Source of the DNA: Acidobacteriota bacterium
GTDB lineage: Bacteria > Acidobacteriota > UBA6911
Assembly: GCA_016929335.1 (NCBI GenBank)
Contig: JAFGIY010000014.1
Span: forward strand, 30,586-94,585
DNA length: 64,000 nucleotides
Direction: 5' to 3'
Shown: positions 55,833 to 64,000 of the stretch, one piece after another
Layout: each line of letters starts with the position of its first letter
Numbering within the stretch: the first letter of the stretch is position 1
Made by a program: the position numbers and the translations under genes
The notes under the pieces: model-generated
Database searches by the model: none
Told to the model about the DNA's origin: nothing
Seen by the model: only the letters and a program-made list of their open reading frames with translations

Positions 55833-56109
55833 GGTTCCCCGTTTCGGGTTTCCCGTTCCCCGTTCGCGGTTCCCGGTTAAAAGTCTGTACTTTCAAGGTG
55901 AGAAAACATCAAGGCTTGAGATCTGCAAATTTTGAGTGTTTGGCGCATCGGCCGGATAGCTTGAGCTACTAAACCACGTTTATTGGAGAGATAGCGGCTG
56001 AAGCCTCGACGCTCATGACCAATCCTCGGCTAAATCAGGAGCGCTGCTGATTCGCCAACCGGGAACGGGGAACCGGAAACGGGGAACGGGAAACCTGAAA
56101 CGGGGAACC
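55833..56109. repeat. Family-C arms separated by ~180 bp (copy C3)
   Basis: The left arm is 55833-55878 (GGTTCCCCGTTTCGGGTTTCCCGTTCCCCGTTCGCGGTTCCCGGTT). The right arm is 56057-56109 (AACCGGGAACGGGGAACCGGAAACGGGGAACGGGAAACCTGAAACGGGGAACC). The spacer holds a family-E TIR-like fragment at 55985-56017. Confidence 0.7.
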
Positions 56110-56245
56110 TTAATTTGCCTTTTTAGGCGGGGGCTTGGGTTGCCGGCGTGTCCGGGCATTCTCCGGCGGGCCGCGGCGTTTCATCTGCCGATAGACGTTT
56201 TTGCCCAGCTTGATATTTTTATAACCGCCTTTGCGAGTCATCTTG

Positions 56246-56929
56246 CTATGGCTTCTGAGGAGTTGCCGGCGCAGTCTCCTGCGGTTCAGCCGGCTTGGGT
56301 TGGACGCGCTCGACGGCCACATGACGGATTACAACCGGCGTAACCGGGCGTTCATCCTGAGCCGGCGTCCTGGCGATTGCCTTTATTACCGAAAGATTTT
56401 CGCACTGGCCGAAGATGGTGTGTTTGTCGTCCAGGTCGGTGACGTTAACCTCGGTAATAAAGAACTGGCTTCCATTGGTATTCTCACCGGCGTTCGCCAT
56501 GGCCAGGCGTCCCGGGATATTGAAGCGCAGCTTGGGCGAGAATTCGTCTTTAAATGGGAATCCGGGGCCTTCCGGCCCTCCTGTGCCGTCTCCGAGCGGA
56601 TCGCCTCCCTGTATCATAAAATACGGGATTACGCGGTGGAACGTGAGTCCATCATAAAACCGCTTGCCGGAGACTTGCTGTTTGGTGCGCGGATCCACAT
56701 AGGACAGCTTGCCTGTCGCCAGGCCGACGATGGTCTTGACGGTGAGCGGAGCTTCCTTTTCAAACAATTTGCATTGGATATCTCCCATAGAGGTCTGGAA
56801 GGTCATATAAAGCCCCGGTGATCGAGCCGGTTCTTGTTCCGCGGCCGGTTGTGCCGGCGCCGCGGTTTGCTGTGCCGCTGCAGACATGGCGAAGACCAGA
56901 ATAGTGGGGATTAGAAAGAAGCGATACAT
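56246..56929 (-). CDS. Cyclophilin-type peptidyl-prolyl cis-trans isomerase, secreted
   Basis: It has the motifs FHRVIPYFMIQGGDP and GSQFFIT and a signal peptide MYRFFLIPTILVFAMSAAAQ. The start at ATG 56929 has an AAGAGGA SD; in-frame ATGs at 56944 and 56992 are alternatives. Confidence 0.85.
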   Translation of the reverse strand: MYRFFLIPTILVFAMSAAAQQTAAPAQPAAEQEPARSPGLYMTFQTSMGDIQCKLFEKEAPLTVKTIVGLATGKLSYVDPRTKQQVSGKRFYDGLTFHRVIPYFMIQGGDPLGDGTGGPEGPGFPFKDEFSPKLRFNIPGRLAMANAGENTNGSQFFITEVNVTDLDDKHTIFGQCENLSVIKAIARTPAQDERPVTPVVIRHVAVERVQPKPAEPQETAPATPQKP

Positions 56930-56992
56930 GGTTCCTCTTTTCATGTCGGAAATAATTTTTGTGCCGGCGAAGACGCCGGCCCTCGCAGGCAT

Positions 56993-57955
56993 TTACTTGG
57001 TTCGTTCGTATTCCACAACTTTAGCAAGGATACTGTCAAGGTTATAGCTGTTTCTGTAACCTATCAAATTTGTTATTTTGGAGATGTCCGGAACGCGGCG
57101 CTCCATATCCTCAAAACCTTCCTGATAAGCCTCATCATAGGGGATATGCTGGATGGGCGAGGAGCTGCCGGTGATGGATTTAACACGCGCTGCCAGGTCG
57201 TTGATCGAAATTTCGCCGTCGCCGCCGATGTTGAATATTTCCCCTGCGGCACGGGGCTCGTCAATCAGCCCGATCACCGCGCGGACGACGTCTCCGACAT
57301 AAGTGAAATTGCGGGTCTGTTTTCCGTCTCCATAAACCGTGATCGGCTCGTTCCTCAAGGCCTGCGCGACAAAGCGGGGAATTACCATTCCGTATCGCCC
57401 TGTCTGCCTCGGGCCGACGGTGTTAAAGAACCGCGCGATGATAATCGGGAGCTGCTTCGTCCGGTAATACGCAAGAGCCAGAAATTCATCCATAGCCTTG
57501 GTGGCCGCATAGCTCCAGCGGGCAAGGTGAGTGGATCCGTATATCCTGATATCGTTTTCCCGAAGGGGCACCTGCGAGTTCCTGCCATAGACTTCCGAGG
57601 TGGAGGCCAGGAATGTCTTCTTGCGGAACTTGTTGGCCAGCTCAAGAACAATTTCTGTCCCGACGATGTTGGTGTGAATCGATTTGAGCGGTTCATCGAT
57701 GATCAGCTTCACGCCGACGGCCGCCGCCAGGTGCGCGATGACGTCGCAGATACCCGTCAGTTCCAGCATCGTTTCCCGGTTCAAAATCGTGTCGTTGACG
57801 AAGTGAAACAGGGGATTTTTGGCGAAAGGCTGGATGTTGTCCAGGCTTCCCGTCGAGAGGTCGTCTATAGCGTAGACCTCATCGCCTCGCTCCAGGTAAG
57901 CTTCGGCAAGATAAGAGCCGATGAAGCCCGCTCCTCCGGTTATCAGGACTTTCAA
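56993..57955 (-). CDS. NAD-dependent epimerase/dehydratase (UDP-sugar decarboxylase/dehydratase-like SDR)
   Basis: 320 aa with Rossmann GGAGFIGSY and catalytic YAATK. Confidence 0.85.
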   Translation of the reverse strand: MKVLITGGAGFIGSYLAEAYLERGDEVYAIDDLSTGSLDNIQPFAKNPLFHFVNDTILNRETMLELTGICDVIAHLAAAVGVKLIIDEPLKSIHTNIVGTEIVLELANKFRKKTFLASTSEVYGRNSQVPLRENDIRIYGSTHLARWSYAATKAMDEFLALAYYRTKQLPIIIARFFNTVGPRQTGRYGMVIPRFVAQALRNEPITVYGDGKQTRNFTYVGDVVRAVIGLIDEPRAAGEIFNIGGDGEISINDLAARVKSITGSSSPIQHIPYDEAYQEGFEDMERRVPDISKITNLIGYRNSYNLDSILAKVVEYERTK

Positions 57956-58106
57956 TGTGCCACCTCCGTTAGAAGCATGAATCTAGTATGCCTGCCGTCC
58001 GCCGTCAATCAATTGATTTTATTCAGCCGTGCATCAGCACAAACATAATTCATGATAATGCGTATCTCCGACGTGATCTATAATAGAGACTTTGGGAAAG
58101 AGTCTC

Positions 58107-60392
58107 ATGAGTGAACAACCGGGCATGACCGGTTCGCAGAAACCGAACGAAAGCAAAAGCCGCCGGTATATCCTTGCCGTCATCATCTTTCTTGCCGTAT
58201 CGCTCGCCGCTACCCACACTTTTTTAAATCGCACGTCGGTCGGAAGTCCGAGCTTTGTCCGGAATACTTTTGCGGTTTATACCGCAACTGTCATGGTTGT
58301 GCTGGCGCTGATCATCCTGGCGACAATCCTGGGACGAAATCTCATCAAGCTTTATTTTGAGAAAAAGCGCGGACAGCTGGGGAGCGGATTTAAAGCCAAA
58401 ATGGTCCGGACTTTTATTGTCCTGTCGCTTCTCCCGGCGTTGCTTCTTTTTGTGCTGGCCTACAGCCTGATCAGTTCTTCGATCGATAGATGGTTTGGCG
58501 CTCCTCCCGCCCAGATGATGGAACACAGCCGCGCTCTGGCAAGTCAATATTATGCCGAAGCCGAACAGCGGGCGAAGTATACCGCAGGCATTATTGCAGG
58601 ATATATGAACTCTGCGGGAGAATTGCGGCCGGAGGTGCAGCCGGAGCTTCAGGATAAATTGCGGCAGTTCTGCCGCAGCCATGCACTCGGCGATGTACGT
58701 ATATACGACCGGCAGGCCAAATTGATTGCGCGATCGGGTTCCGCAGAGTTATCAGATGCGCATCGGGATACCATTCGACAGCTTATAGGCGAGGGCCTTA
58801 TCGGGCGGCAGAACTTTCGAGTCGAACGCCTGAATCCGGAGGATCCTTTCACCGAAATCAACTGGGCGACCGCACCGATCCGGGATCCTCGAGGCGCCGT
58901 CGTCGGCACAGTCCTTACGGAAGCGATTCATCCACAGAGCGCAAAATACCGCGCGGATTCCGTCGTGGAAGCCTACGAAAAATATGTACAGCTGCAGCGC
59001 GATAAAAATGTCCTTCGTTACAACACTCTTTTGATCCTCGTGCTTTCGACTCTTCTCATTATTTTCGCCTTTTCCTGGTTTGCCATGTACCTGGCAAAAC
59101 GAATTACCACGCCTATTCAGGCTCTTGCGCAGGGCGCTGCAGCCGTTGCATCCGGAAATCTGGACCATCGCGTCGAGTGCCAGGCATTTGATGAACTGGA
59201 AGGCCTGGTCGCTTCGTTTAACAGGATGACGAATGATCTGCAGGAAAATGAAAAGAGGATTGAGCTGACACAGCAAATCCTGCGTCAATCGAGCGCAGAG
59301 CATGCGGACCGCCGCCGATACATCGAAACCATTCTGCAGACAATAGCCACCGGCGTAATTTCTCTGGACGGCGATCGTCACGTCCGCACGATGAACCGGG
59401 CTGCGGTGCAAATGCTCCAGATCAATGAAATAGCCGAAAATGCCGGGCTGGAAGATCTGCTCCCGGCTGCATCGGGCAAAATAATCCGGGAGCTTCTTCA
59501 TAAAGCGGCGGTGCTGGGGACGGTGGTGCGGAACATCGAGCTCACGTTCCCCGGCAAGAGCCTGCAGATTGCGGCTACCGTTACTCCGCTTGCAGACAAC
59601 GCGGGCCATCGCACCGGATGGGTGGTTGTTCTCGACGACATGACGGAACTGATCCGAATGGAAAAGCTGTCGGCCTGGCAGGAAGTGGCTCGCCGGATGG
59701 CACATGAAATCAAAAATCCGTTGACGCCGATCCAGCTTTCGGCCGAACGCATTTTAAAGCGATACAGGGAGATTTCGCCTCCCCTCGAAATGAATCATGC
59801 GGTGTCGCGGCAATCCGAACTGGAGAAATTTGATGCGCTGCTTGCCGAATGCGTGCAAGCCATCATCCAGGAAGCGGATTCTCTTAAAAATCTTGTGGAT
59901 GAATTCTCGCGCTTCGCCCGCCTCCCCGAAATCCGGCTGGAGGACGCCGACGTAAACCGTATCCTGGAAAACACGCTGAATCTTTACAACGGCCGAATTC
60001 AGGATGTCGATGTCCGGAGGGATTTGGACATGAGTATTCCGATGCTTCGTCTCGATCCGGAGCAGATGAAACGGGTTTTTATCAATCTGCTCGATAATGC
60101 TTTGGAGGCGATGTCGGATAATCCGCATAAAAAGGTCCTGTTTCTCCGGACCTGCTGCAATATCTCCCAGGGATCCGCCCGAATCGAAATCAGCGATACG
60201 GGACGGGGATTCCCCGAAGAGTATCAGGACAGCGTTTTCCTCCCCTATTTCTCCAAGCGCAAAGGCGGGACGGGACTGGGCCTGGCTATTGTGCGTCAGA
60301 TCGTTACGGACCATTTCGGAAATATCCGCGCAGAGCCCAATATGCCCTTGGGCACCAGGATCATAATAGATCTGCCCTTAACCCAAGGCTGA
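58107..60392 (+). CDS. ntrY: NtrY-like sensor histidine kinase (TM-HAMP-PAS-HisKA-HATPase)
   Basis: The H-box AHEIKNPLTPIQLSAERI is characteristic of NtrY, and the G-boxes are DTGRGF and GGTGLGLAIV. ATG 58107 is taken as the start; the track ORF begins at TTG 58092. Confidence 0.85.
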   Translation: MSEQPGMTGSQKPNESKSRRYILAVIIFLAVSLAATHTFLNRTSVGSPSFVRNTFAVYTATVMVVLALIILATILGRNLIKLYFEKKRGQLGSGFKAKMVRTFIVLSLLPALLLFVLAYSLISSSIDRWFGAPPAQMMEHSRALASQYYAEAEQRAKYTAGIIAGYMNSAGELRPEVQPELQDKLRQFCRSHALGDVRIYDRQAKLIARSGSAELSDAHRDTIRQLIGEGLIGRQNFRVERLNPEDPFTEINWATAPIRDPRGAVVGTVLTEAIHPQSAKYRADSVVEAYEKYVQLQRDKNVLRYNTLLILVLSTLLIIFAFSWFAMYLAKRITTPIQALAQGAAAVASGNLDHRVECQAFDELEGLVASFNRMTNDLQENEKRIELTQQILRQSSAEHADRRRYIETILQTIATGVISLDGDRHVRTMNRAAVQMLQINEIAENAGLEDLLPAASGKIIRELLHKAAVLGTVVRNIELTFPGKSLQIAATVTPLADNAGHRTGWVVVLDDMTELIRMEKLSAWQEVARRMAHEIKNPLTPIQLSAERILKRYREISPPLEMNHAVSRQSELEKFDALLAECVQAIIQEADSLKNLVDEFSRFARLPEIRLEDADVNRILENTLNLYNGRIQDVDVRRDLDMSIPMLRLDPEQMKRVFINLLDNALEAMSDNPHKKVLFLRTCCNISQGSARIEISDTGRGFPEEYQDSVFLPYFSKRKGGTGLGLAIVRQIVTDHFGNIRAEPNMPLGTRIIIDLPLTQG

Positions 60393-60408
60393 TGGGGGGA
60401 GGGAAATT

Positions 60409-60447
60409 GCCGCGAATTGCACGGAATCCATTCGTGAAATTCGTGGC
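60409..60447 (+). terminator. Family-A hairpin copy A5 between ntrY and ntrX
   Basis: GCCGCGAATTGCACGGAAT-cc-ATTCGTGAAATTCGTGGC followed by ATGCTTTTTATTTT. Confidence 0.6.
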
Positions 60448-60480
60448 ATGCTTTTTATTTTCAGTACAGAATAAGAGCCT

Positions 60481-61863
60481 ATGAGTCGGCCGGTGATTTT
60501 GATTGTGGATGATGAGAAAGGGGTCCAGACCTCCGTCCAGGGGATTCTCGAGGATGCAGGTTTCAGCGCACCGGCAGTTTCCAGCGGCGAAGAGGCGCTG
60601 GAACTCCTGCTGAAGAAGGAAATCCCGGTGGCGCTCCTGGATGTCTGGCTGCCCGGAATGGATGGGCTGCAGACGCTGGCAAAAATCCGGCAGATATCTC
60701 CGTCGACAATTGTGATCATGATATCGGGGCACGGCTCGATCGAAAGCGCCGTACGCGCTACCAAGCTGGGCGCATTTGATTTTGTCGAGAAACCTCTTTC
60801 TCTCGATAAAACCGTACTGGTCGTCAAGAATGCGCTGCACCAGTTTCAGCTGCAGGAAGAGAACCGGCTTCTGAGAGAGCAGATCGAACAGAAATATGTG
60901 ATGATCGGAGACTCCATTCCTATGCAGGCGCTGCGCCAGCAGATTGCTTTTGCGGCTCCGACCAACGGCCGCATTCTCATTTACGGAGAGAACGGGACGG
61001 GCAAAGAGCTGGTGGCTCGTCTGCTCTACCTGCGGAGCCGGCGGAACGAGAATGCTTTTGTGGAAATGAACTGTGCGGCCATCCCTGAAGAGCTTATCGA
61101 AAGCGAGCTGTTCGGTCATGTAAAAGGTTCTTTCACCGGTGCGTCGGAAGACAAGGATGGGAAATTTTTGCAGGCGGACAAAGGTACGCTTTTCCTTGAT
61201 GAAGTCGGCGATATGAGTTCGAAGACTCAGGCCAAGGTGCTCCGGGTTCTGGAAGAGCAGCGTTTTACGCCGGTGGGAGGAAACGGTTCCATCAAGGTGG
61301 ATGTCCGCGTCATTGCTTCTACCAACAAAAATCTTGAGCACGAAATCGAGCTCGGCAATTTTCGCGAGGATTTATATTACCGGCTCAACGTCATCCCTTT
61401 TCAGATCCCGCCTTTGCGTGAACGCCGGGAGGATATCGCCGCGCTGACGACTTATTTCCTCGATGATTATGCCCGGAAATACGGCCGGAAAGCGCCGTCC
61501 ATGACTCCCAAAGCGATGGAATCTCTCGAGAATTATCCATGGCCCGGCAATGTCAGGGAATTGCGCAACATCATGGAGCGCATCGTCATCATGACGCACC
61601 AGTCTCGCATCGATATCTATGGCCTCCCCGAATCAATTCTAAGCCGCACGCTTCAGACGCCGCCGGAACAGGAAGCCGAATCCTCACTGCAGGGAGCCCG
61701 GGAACGGTTCGAGCGGGAATATATCATGCAGAAGCTGATAGAGTATAAGGGCAGTGTAAGCCGCGCTGCGCAGGCGCTCCAGATTGAGCGGAGCAACCTC
61801 TACCGCAAAATCCGGCAGCTGGGCATCCCTTACTCCGGCCGCGAAAACGGAGAAACCGATTAG
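60481..61863 (+). CDS. ntrX: Sigma-54-dependent response regulator (REC-AAA+-Fis HTH), NtrX/NtrC family
   Basis: It has a receiver (ILIVDDE ... LLDVWLPGMDG), Walker A GENGTGKE, ESELFGH, a GAFTGA-like GSFTGA and a C-terminal HTH (...SVSRAAQALQIERSNLYRKIRQLGI). Confidence 0.9.
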   Translation: MSRPVILIVDDEKGVQTSVQGILEDAGFSAPAVSSGEEALELLLKKEIPVALLDVWLPGMDGLQTLAKIRQISPSTIVIMISGHGSIESAVRATKLGAFDFVEKPLSLDKTVLVVKNALHQFQLQEENRLLREQIEQKYVMIGDSIPMQALRQQIAFAAPTNGRILIYGENGTGKELVARLLYLRSRRNENAFVEMNCAAIPEELIESELFGHVKGSFTGASEDKDGKFLQADKGTLFLDEVGDMSSKTQAKVLRVLEEQRFTPVGGNGSIKVDVRVIASTNKNLEHEIELGNFREDLYYRLNVIPFQIPPLRERREDIAALTTYFLDDYARKYGRKAPSMTPKAMESLENYPWPGNVRELRNIMERIVIMTHQSRIDIYGLPESILSRTLQTPPEQEAESSLQGARERFEREYIMQKLIEYKGSVSRAAQALQIERSNLYRKIRQLGIPYSGRENGETD

Positions 61864-61899
61864 CAGTTCTGTCGATTTGTGCAATGCACGGCTTGCTTT

Positions 61900-63669
61900 T
61901 TACTCGCGGCGGAAGCATTTGATGAAGAAGGAAGGATCTCCAACCTGAATTTCCGGTGTGACCTCCTCGCCGAAAACCGAGGCCAGCGTGTAATGAGCCT
62001 CAATCCATTCCATGAGATTGCGGCAATAATCGCGACCGATCACGCGTGGCCCGAATTCGGATGTCGGCCTGTTCAACAGAAAAACAAACTTCACATCTTT
62101 CTCCTGCATTGCCTGAATCGCCAGCCACTCCTCCGCCTCAGAGAGAAAGCCGGGTGTGACAACTTCATATCGCAACGGGGCCGGACGGTCCGCGAGAAAA
62201 TTCAGGCTGCTTCCTTCGGGAAGCGCCAGTACATAATCTCCCGGATTGCTGTTCTTCTCCAGAAACTCAAGTGCCTGGCTCATTGCCAGTGAAATGGACG
62301 GCGGCTGGCGGAGATTGCCCCGGGGAGTTTGCAGCCGGGTATAGGAATTCTGCCCGAATCTGTAAACCATCACTCCCAGGGTAGCGATCAGTCCGATCGA
62401 CAAAAGCACGTGGACGGCACGGCGGCGATAGCGGCCGGCATCGGCAGGCATGGCAAAGAGCGGAAAGTCGGCTGTCGCCATGTAAACAAACAGCATTAAA
62501 GGAACCGGAAGAAGGCCGGCTCCATAACCGCCTCCGCCGGGAATGCGAACAATCACTCGCGCCAGCACAATCAGACTGTAAACGGAAACCAGCAGCAGAG
62601 CACTGCCGGTGGCATCGACCGGGCCGCGACCGGCCCGTTTTCTGAAGCAATATAGGATCATCACCAGGAACAATACAGGCAGAGCCCGCAGCGGATTCAG
62701 ATCCCAATGAGACCGGAAAACCATCAGATGCACGACGATCCATCCGAAGCCTGCTCCCGTCAGCCACCAGAATCGGCGCACATGCCGCGAGAGGGGTGAA
62801 GATAAAATGGATTCTCCCGCCAATCGAGCCCCGATCAGTGACAGGAGCCCTGCAACACCGCCAAGCAGAGCCACTGCGCTGATCAGCTCGCGCAAAGTCT
62901 GACCGGGATGATTCAACCCCAGTTTCAGCTTGTTGTAATAGACCAGTTCAGGCGGGAGATTGCCTGGAAAAACAAACGTATCTTTAATCAATGAATCCGA
63001 TGGGATTCTGGCCAGAATCAGCCCATAAATGAATAGCGGAATGACGGCGGCCGACGCCAGGCTGATCCATGCGGTTCGCGTTCGTTGCGGCGGCAGCACC
63101 ACAATTACCAGCGTAAGGAGGGAAGCGAATGCCGCGAAACCGAACTCCATTTTGCAGCAGAAGGCCAGCCCGGAAAGCATACCTGCGGCAACAAGGCCGG
63201 CCATCCGGCCGGATCGAAGAAAATCGACCTGGGAAGCCAGCGCCGCTGTCCCGAAAAGAGTCCCGTATAGTGCGGCATAGCTGTAAGGGAAGACGATATT
63301 GCCGGCCTGCTTGAATATGCAGAGGAGGAGCACCGCGGTCGCGGCCAGCAGGGATTCGAAGACGCTCATGAATCCGCGAGCTATGTGATAGATCAGCAGT
63401 ACCAGCAAAAGAGAGCTGACCAGTCCCGCCGCATAAAGAGTGTTGAGATGAATGCCGAAGATCTTGAAGAGCAATGCATTGAAGAGCGGAGCAACCGGGC
63501 CGTACAGGTAATAAACCTGGGAATAGATCGTTTCTCCGCGAAGCAGCCTCAGCGGAGCATTCATTTCGCGTCCGCCGTCAATGACCGGATTCGCCCACAT
63601 CTGCCAGGATACGGCGCTCATGACCGCAAACAGCACAAGAAGGGCCAACACAGCGTGCAATGGTTTCAT
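61900..63669 (-). CDS. Polytopic membrane protein, GT39/ArnT-like glycosyltransferase (putative)
   Basis: ~590 aa with >10 TM helices and a soluble C-terminal domain. The start is at MKPLHAVLALLVLFAV (ATG 63669) or ATG 63702. Confidence 0.55.
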   Translation of the reverse strand: MKPLHAVLALLVLFAVMSAVSWQMWANPVIDGGREMNAPLRLLRGETIYSQVYYLYGPVAPLFNALLFKIFGIHLNTLYAAGLVSSLLLVLLIYHIARGFMSVFESLLAATAVLLLCIFKQAGNIVFPYSYAALYGTLFGTAALASQVDFLRSGRMAGLVAAGMLSGLAFCCKMEFGFAAFASLLTLVIVVLPPQRTRTAWISLASAAVIPLFIYGLILARIPSDSLIKDTFVFPGNLPPELVYYNKLKLGLNHPGQTLRELISAVALLGGVAGLLSLIGARLAGESILSSPLSRHVRRFWWLTGAGFGWIVVHLMVFRSHWDLNPLRALPVLFLVMILYCFRKRAGRGPVDATGSALLLVSVYSLIVLARVIVRIPGGGGYGAGLLPVPLMLFVYMATADFPLFAMPADAGRYRRRAVHVLLSIGLIATLGVMVYRFGQNSYTRLQTPRGNLRQPPSISLAMSQALEFLEKNSNPGDYVLALPEGSSLNFLADRPAPLRYEVVTPGFLSEAEEWLAIQAMQEKDVKFVFLLNRPTSEFGPRVIGRDYCRNLMEWIEAHYTLASVFGEEVTPEIQVGDPSFFIKCFRRE

Positions 63670-63761
63670 GTTTTGTAGGTATATTAAATTGGCCCGATTC
63701 AATAGTCTCCAAATTTTTTAACATAATGCCGGCTGAAACCTGAATCGCGTTCATTCGCGGC

Positions 63762-64000
63762 TTATGAGAGAAGATTCAGCTGGCGAAGAGCTTCGTAGAC
63801 GGCAATTCCTGCTGCGGTCGAAAGGTTCAGACTGCGCACATTTTCAGTCCGCATCGGTATTCTCACGGTGTAGTCCTGGTTCGCACTCAAAAGATCTTCC
63901 GGGAATCCGCTCGATTCCGGACCGAACACAAGGCAATCCCCGATCTTGTATTTAATGTCCGTATAAAGACGGCCCGTGCGTGCGCTGAAATAAAAAAGCC
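63762..64000 (-). CDS. trmL: tRNA (cytidine/uridine-2'-O)-methyltransferase TrmL, SpoU family (5' end outside window)
   Basis: The C-terminal 78 aa, ...DCLVFGPESSGFPEDLL...VRIPMRTENVRSLNLSTAAGIAVYEALRQLNLLS*, are collinear with the remembered E. coli TrmL C-terminus. Confidence 0.8.
   Translation of the reverse strand, partial: LFYFSARTGRLYTDIKYKIGDCLVFGPESSGFPEDLLSANQDYTVRIPMRTENVRSLNLSTAAGIAVYEALRQLNLLS

Overview
A 64-kb chromosomal window from a Gram-negative bacterium. I infer an anaerobic or microaerophilic Acidobacteriota-like organism from the CarboxypepD_reg-type TonB receptor and the anaerobic enzyme set; this is not verified. I call about 50 protein genes and one tRNA-Ser(GGA). I see no rRNA, CRISPR array, intact IS, prophage or recognisable defence system.

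Gene content is mainly housekeeping and metabolic:
- ccmABCD, with ccmA cut by the left edge
- an AOR-family aldehyde:ferredoxin oxidoreductase
- a TonB-dependent receptor next to a Tat-signal amidohydrolase
- an ABC-2 exporter
- an HD-GYP signalling protein beside a pilin-like gene and an orphan receiver
- sugar-nucleotide epimerases
- an RRM RNA-binding protein
- a YdiF-type CoA-transferase and a GPH transporter
- an operon of a PEP-utilising protein, a Zn-ribbon protein and a B12-radical-SAM protein
- gdhA and tlpA/hemH/hemN
- an M16 peptidase
- a tetrahaem cytochrome c
- ntrY/ntrX
- trmL, cut by the right edge

Two things stand out.
1. A DUF1573-family gene is interrupted by a single in-frame TGA exactly at the first Cys of the family's S-C-G-C-T motif. 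A hairpin follows at SECIS-like spacing, so this is a candidate selenoprotein.
2. The intergenic DNA is unusually rich in sequence-conserved hairpin and foldback repeats, in at least six families. Their arms are themselves short tandem arrays of 6-9 nt period. They include about 270-bp MITE-like foldbacks with terminal inverted repeats and about 190-bp elements with a promoter-like head and a long covarying stem.

All calls come from reading the sequence and the ORF track; no searches were run. Repeat boundaries are approximate (+/- a few nt), and novelty cannot be established from the sequence alone.
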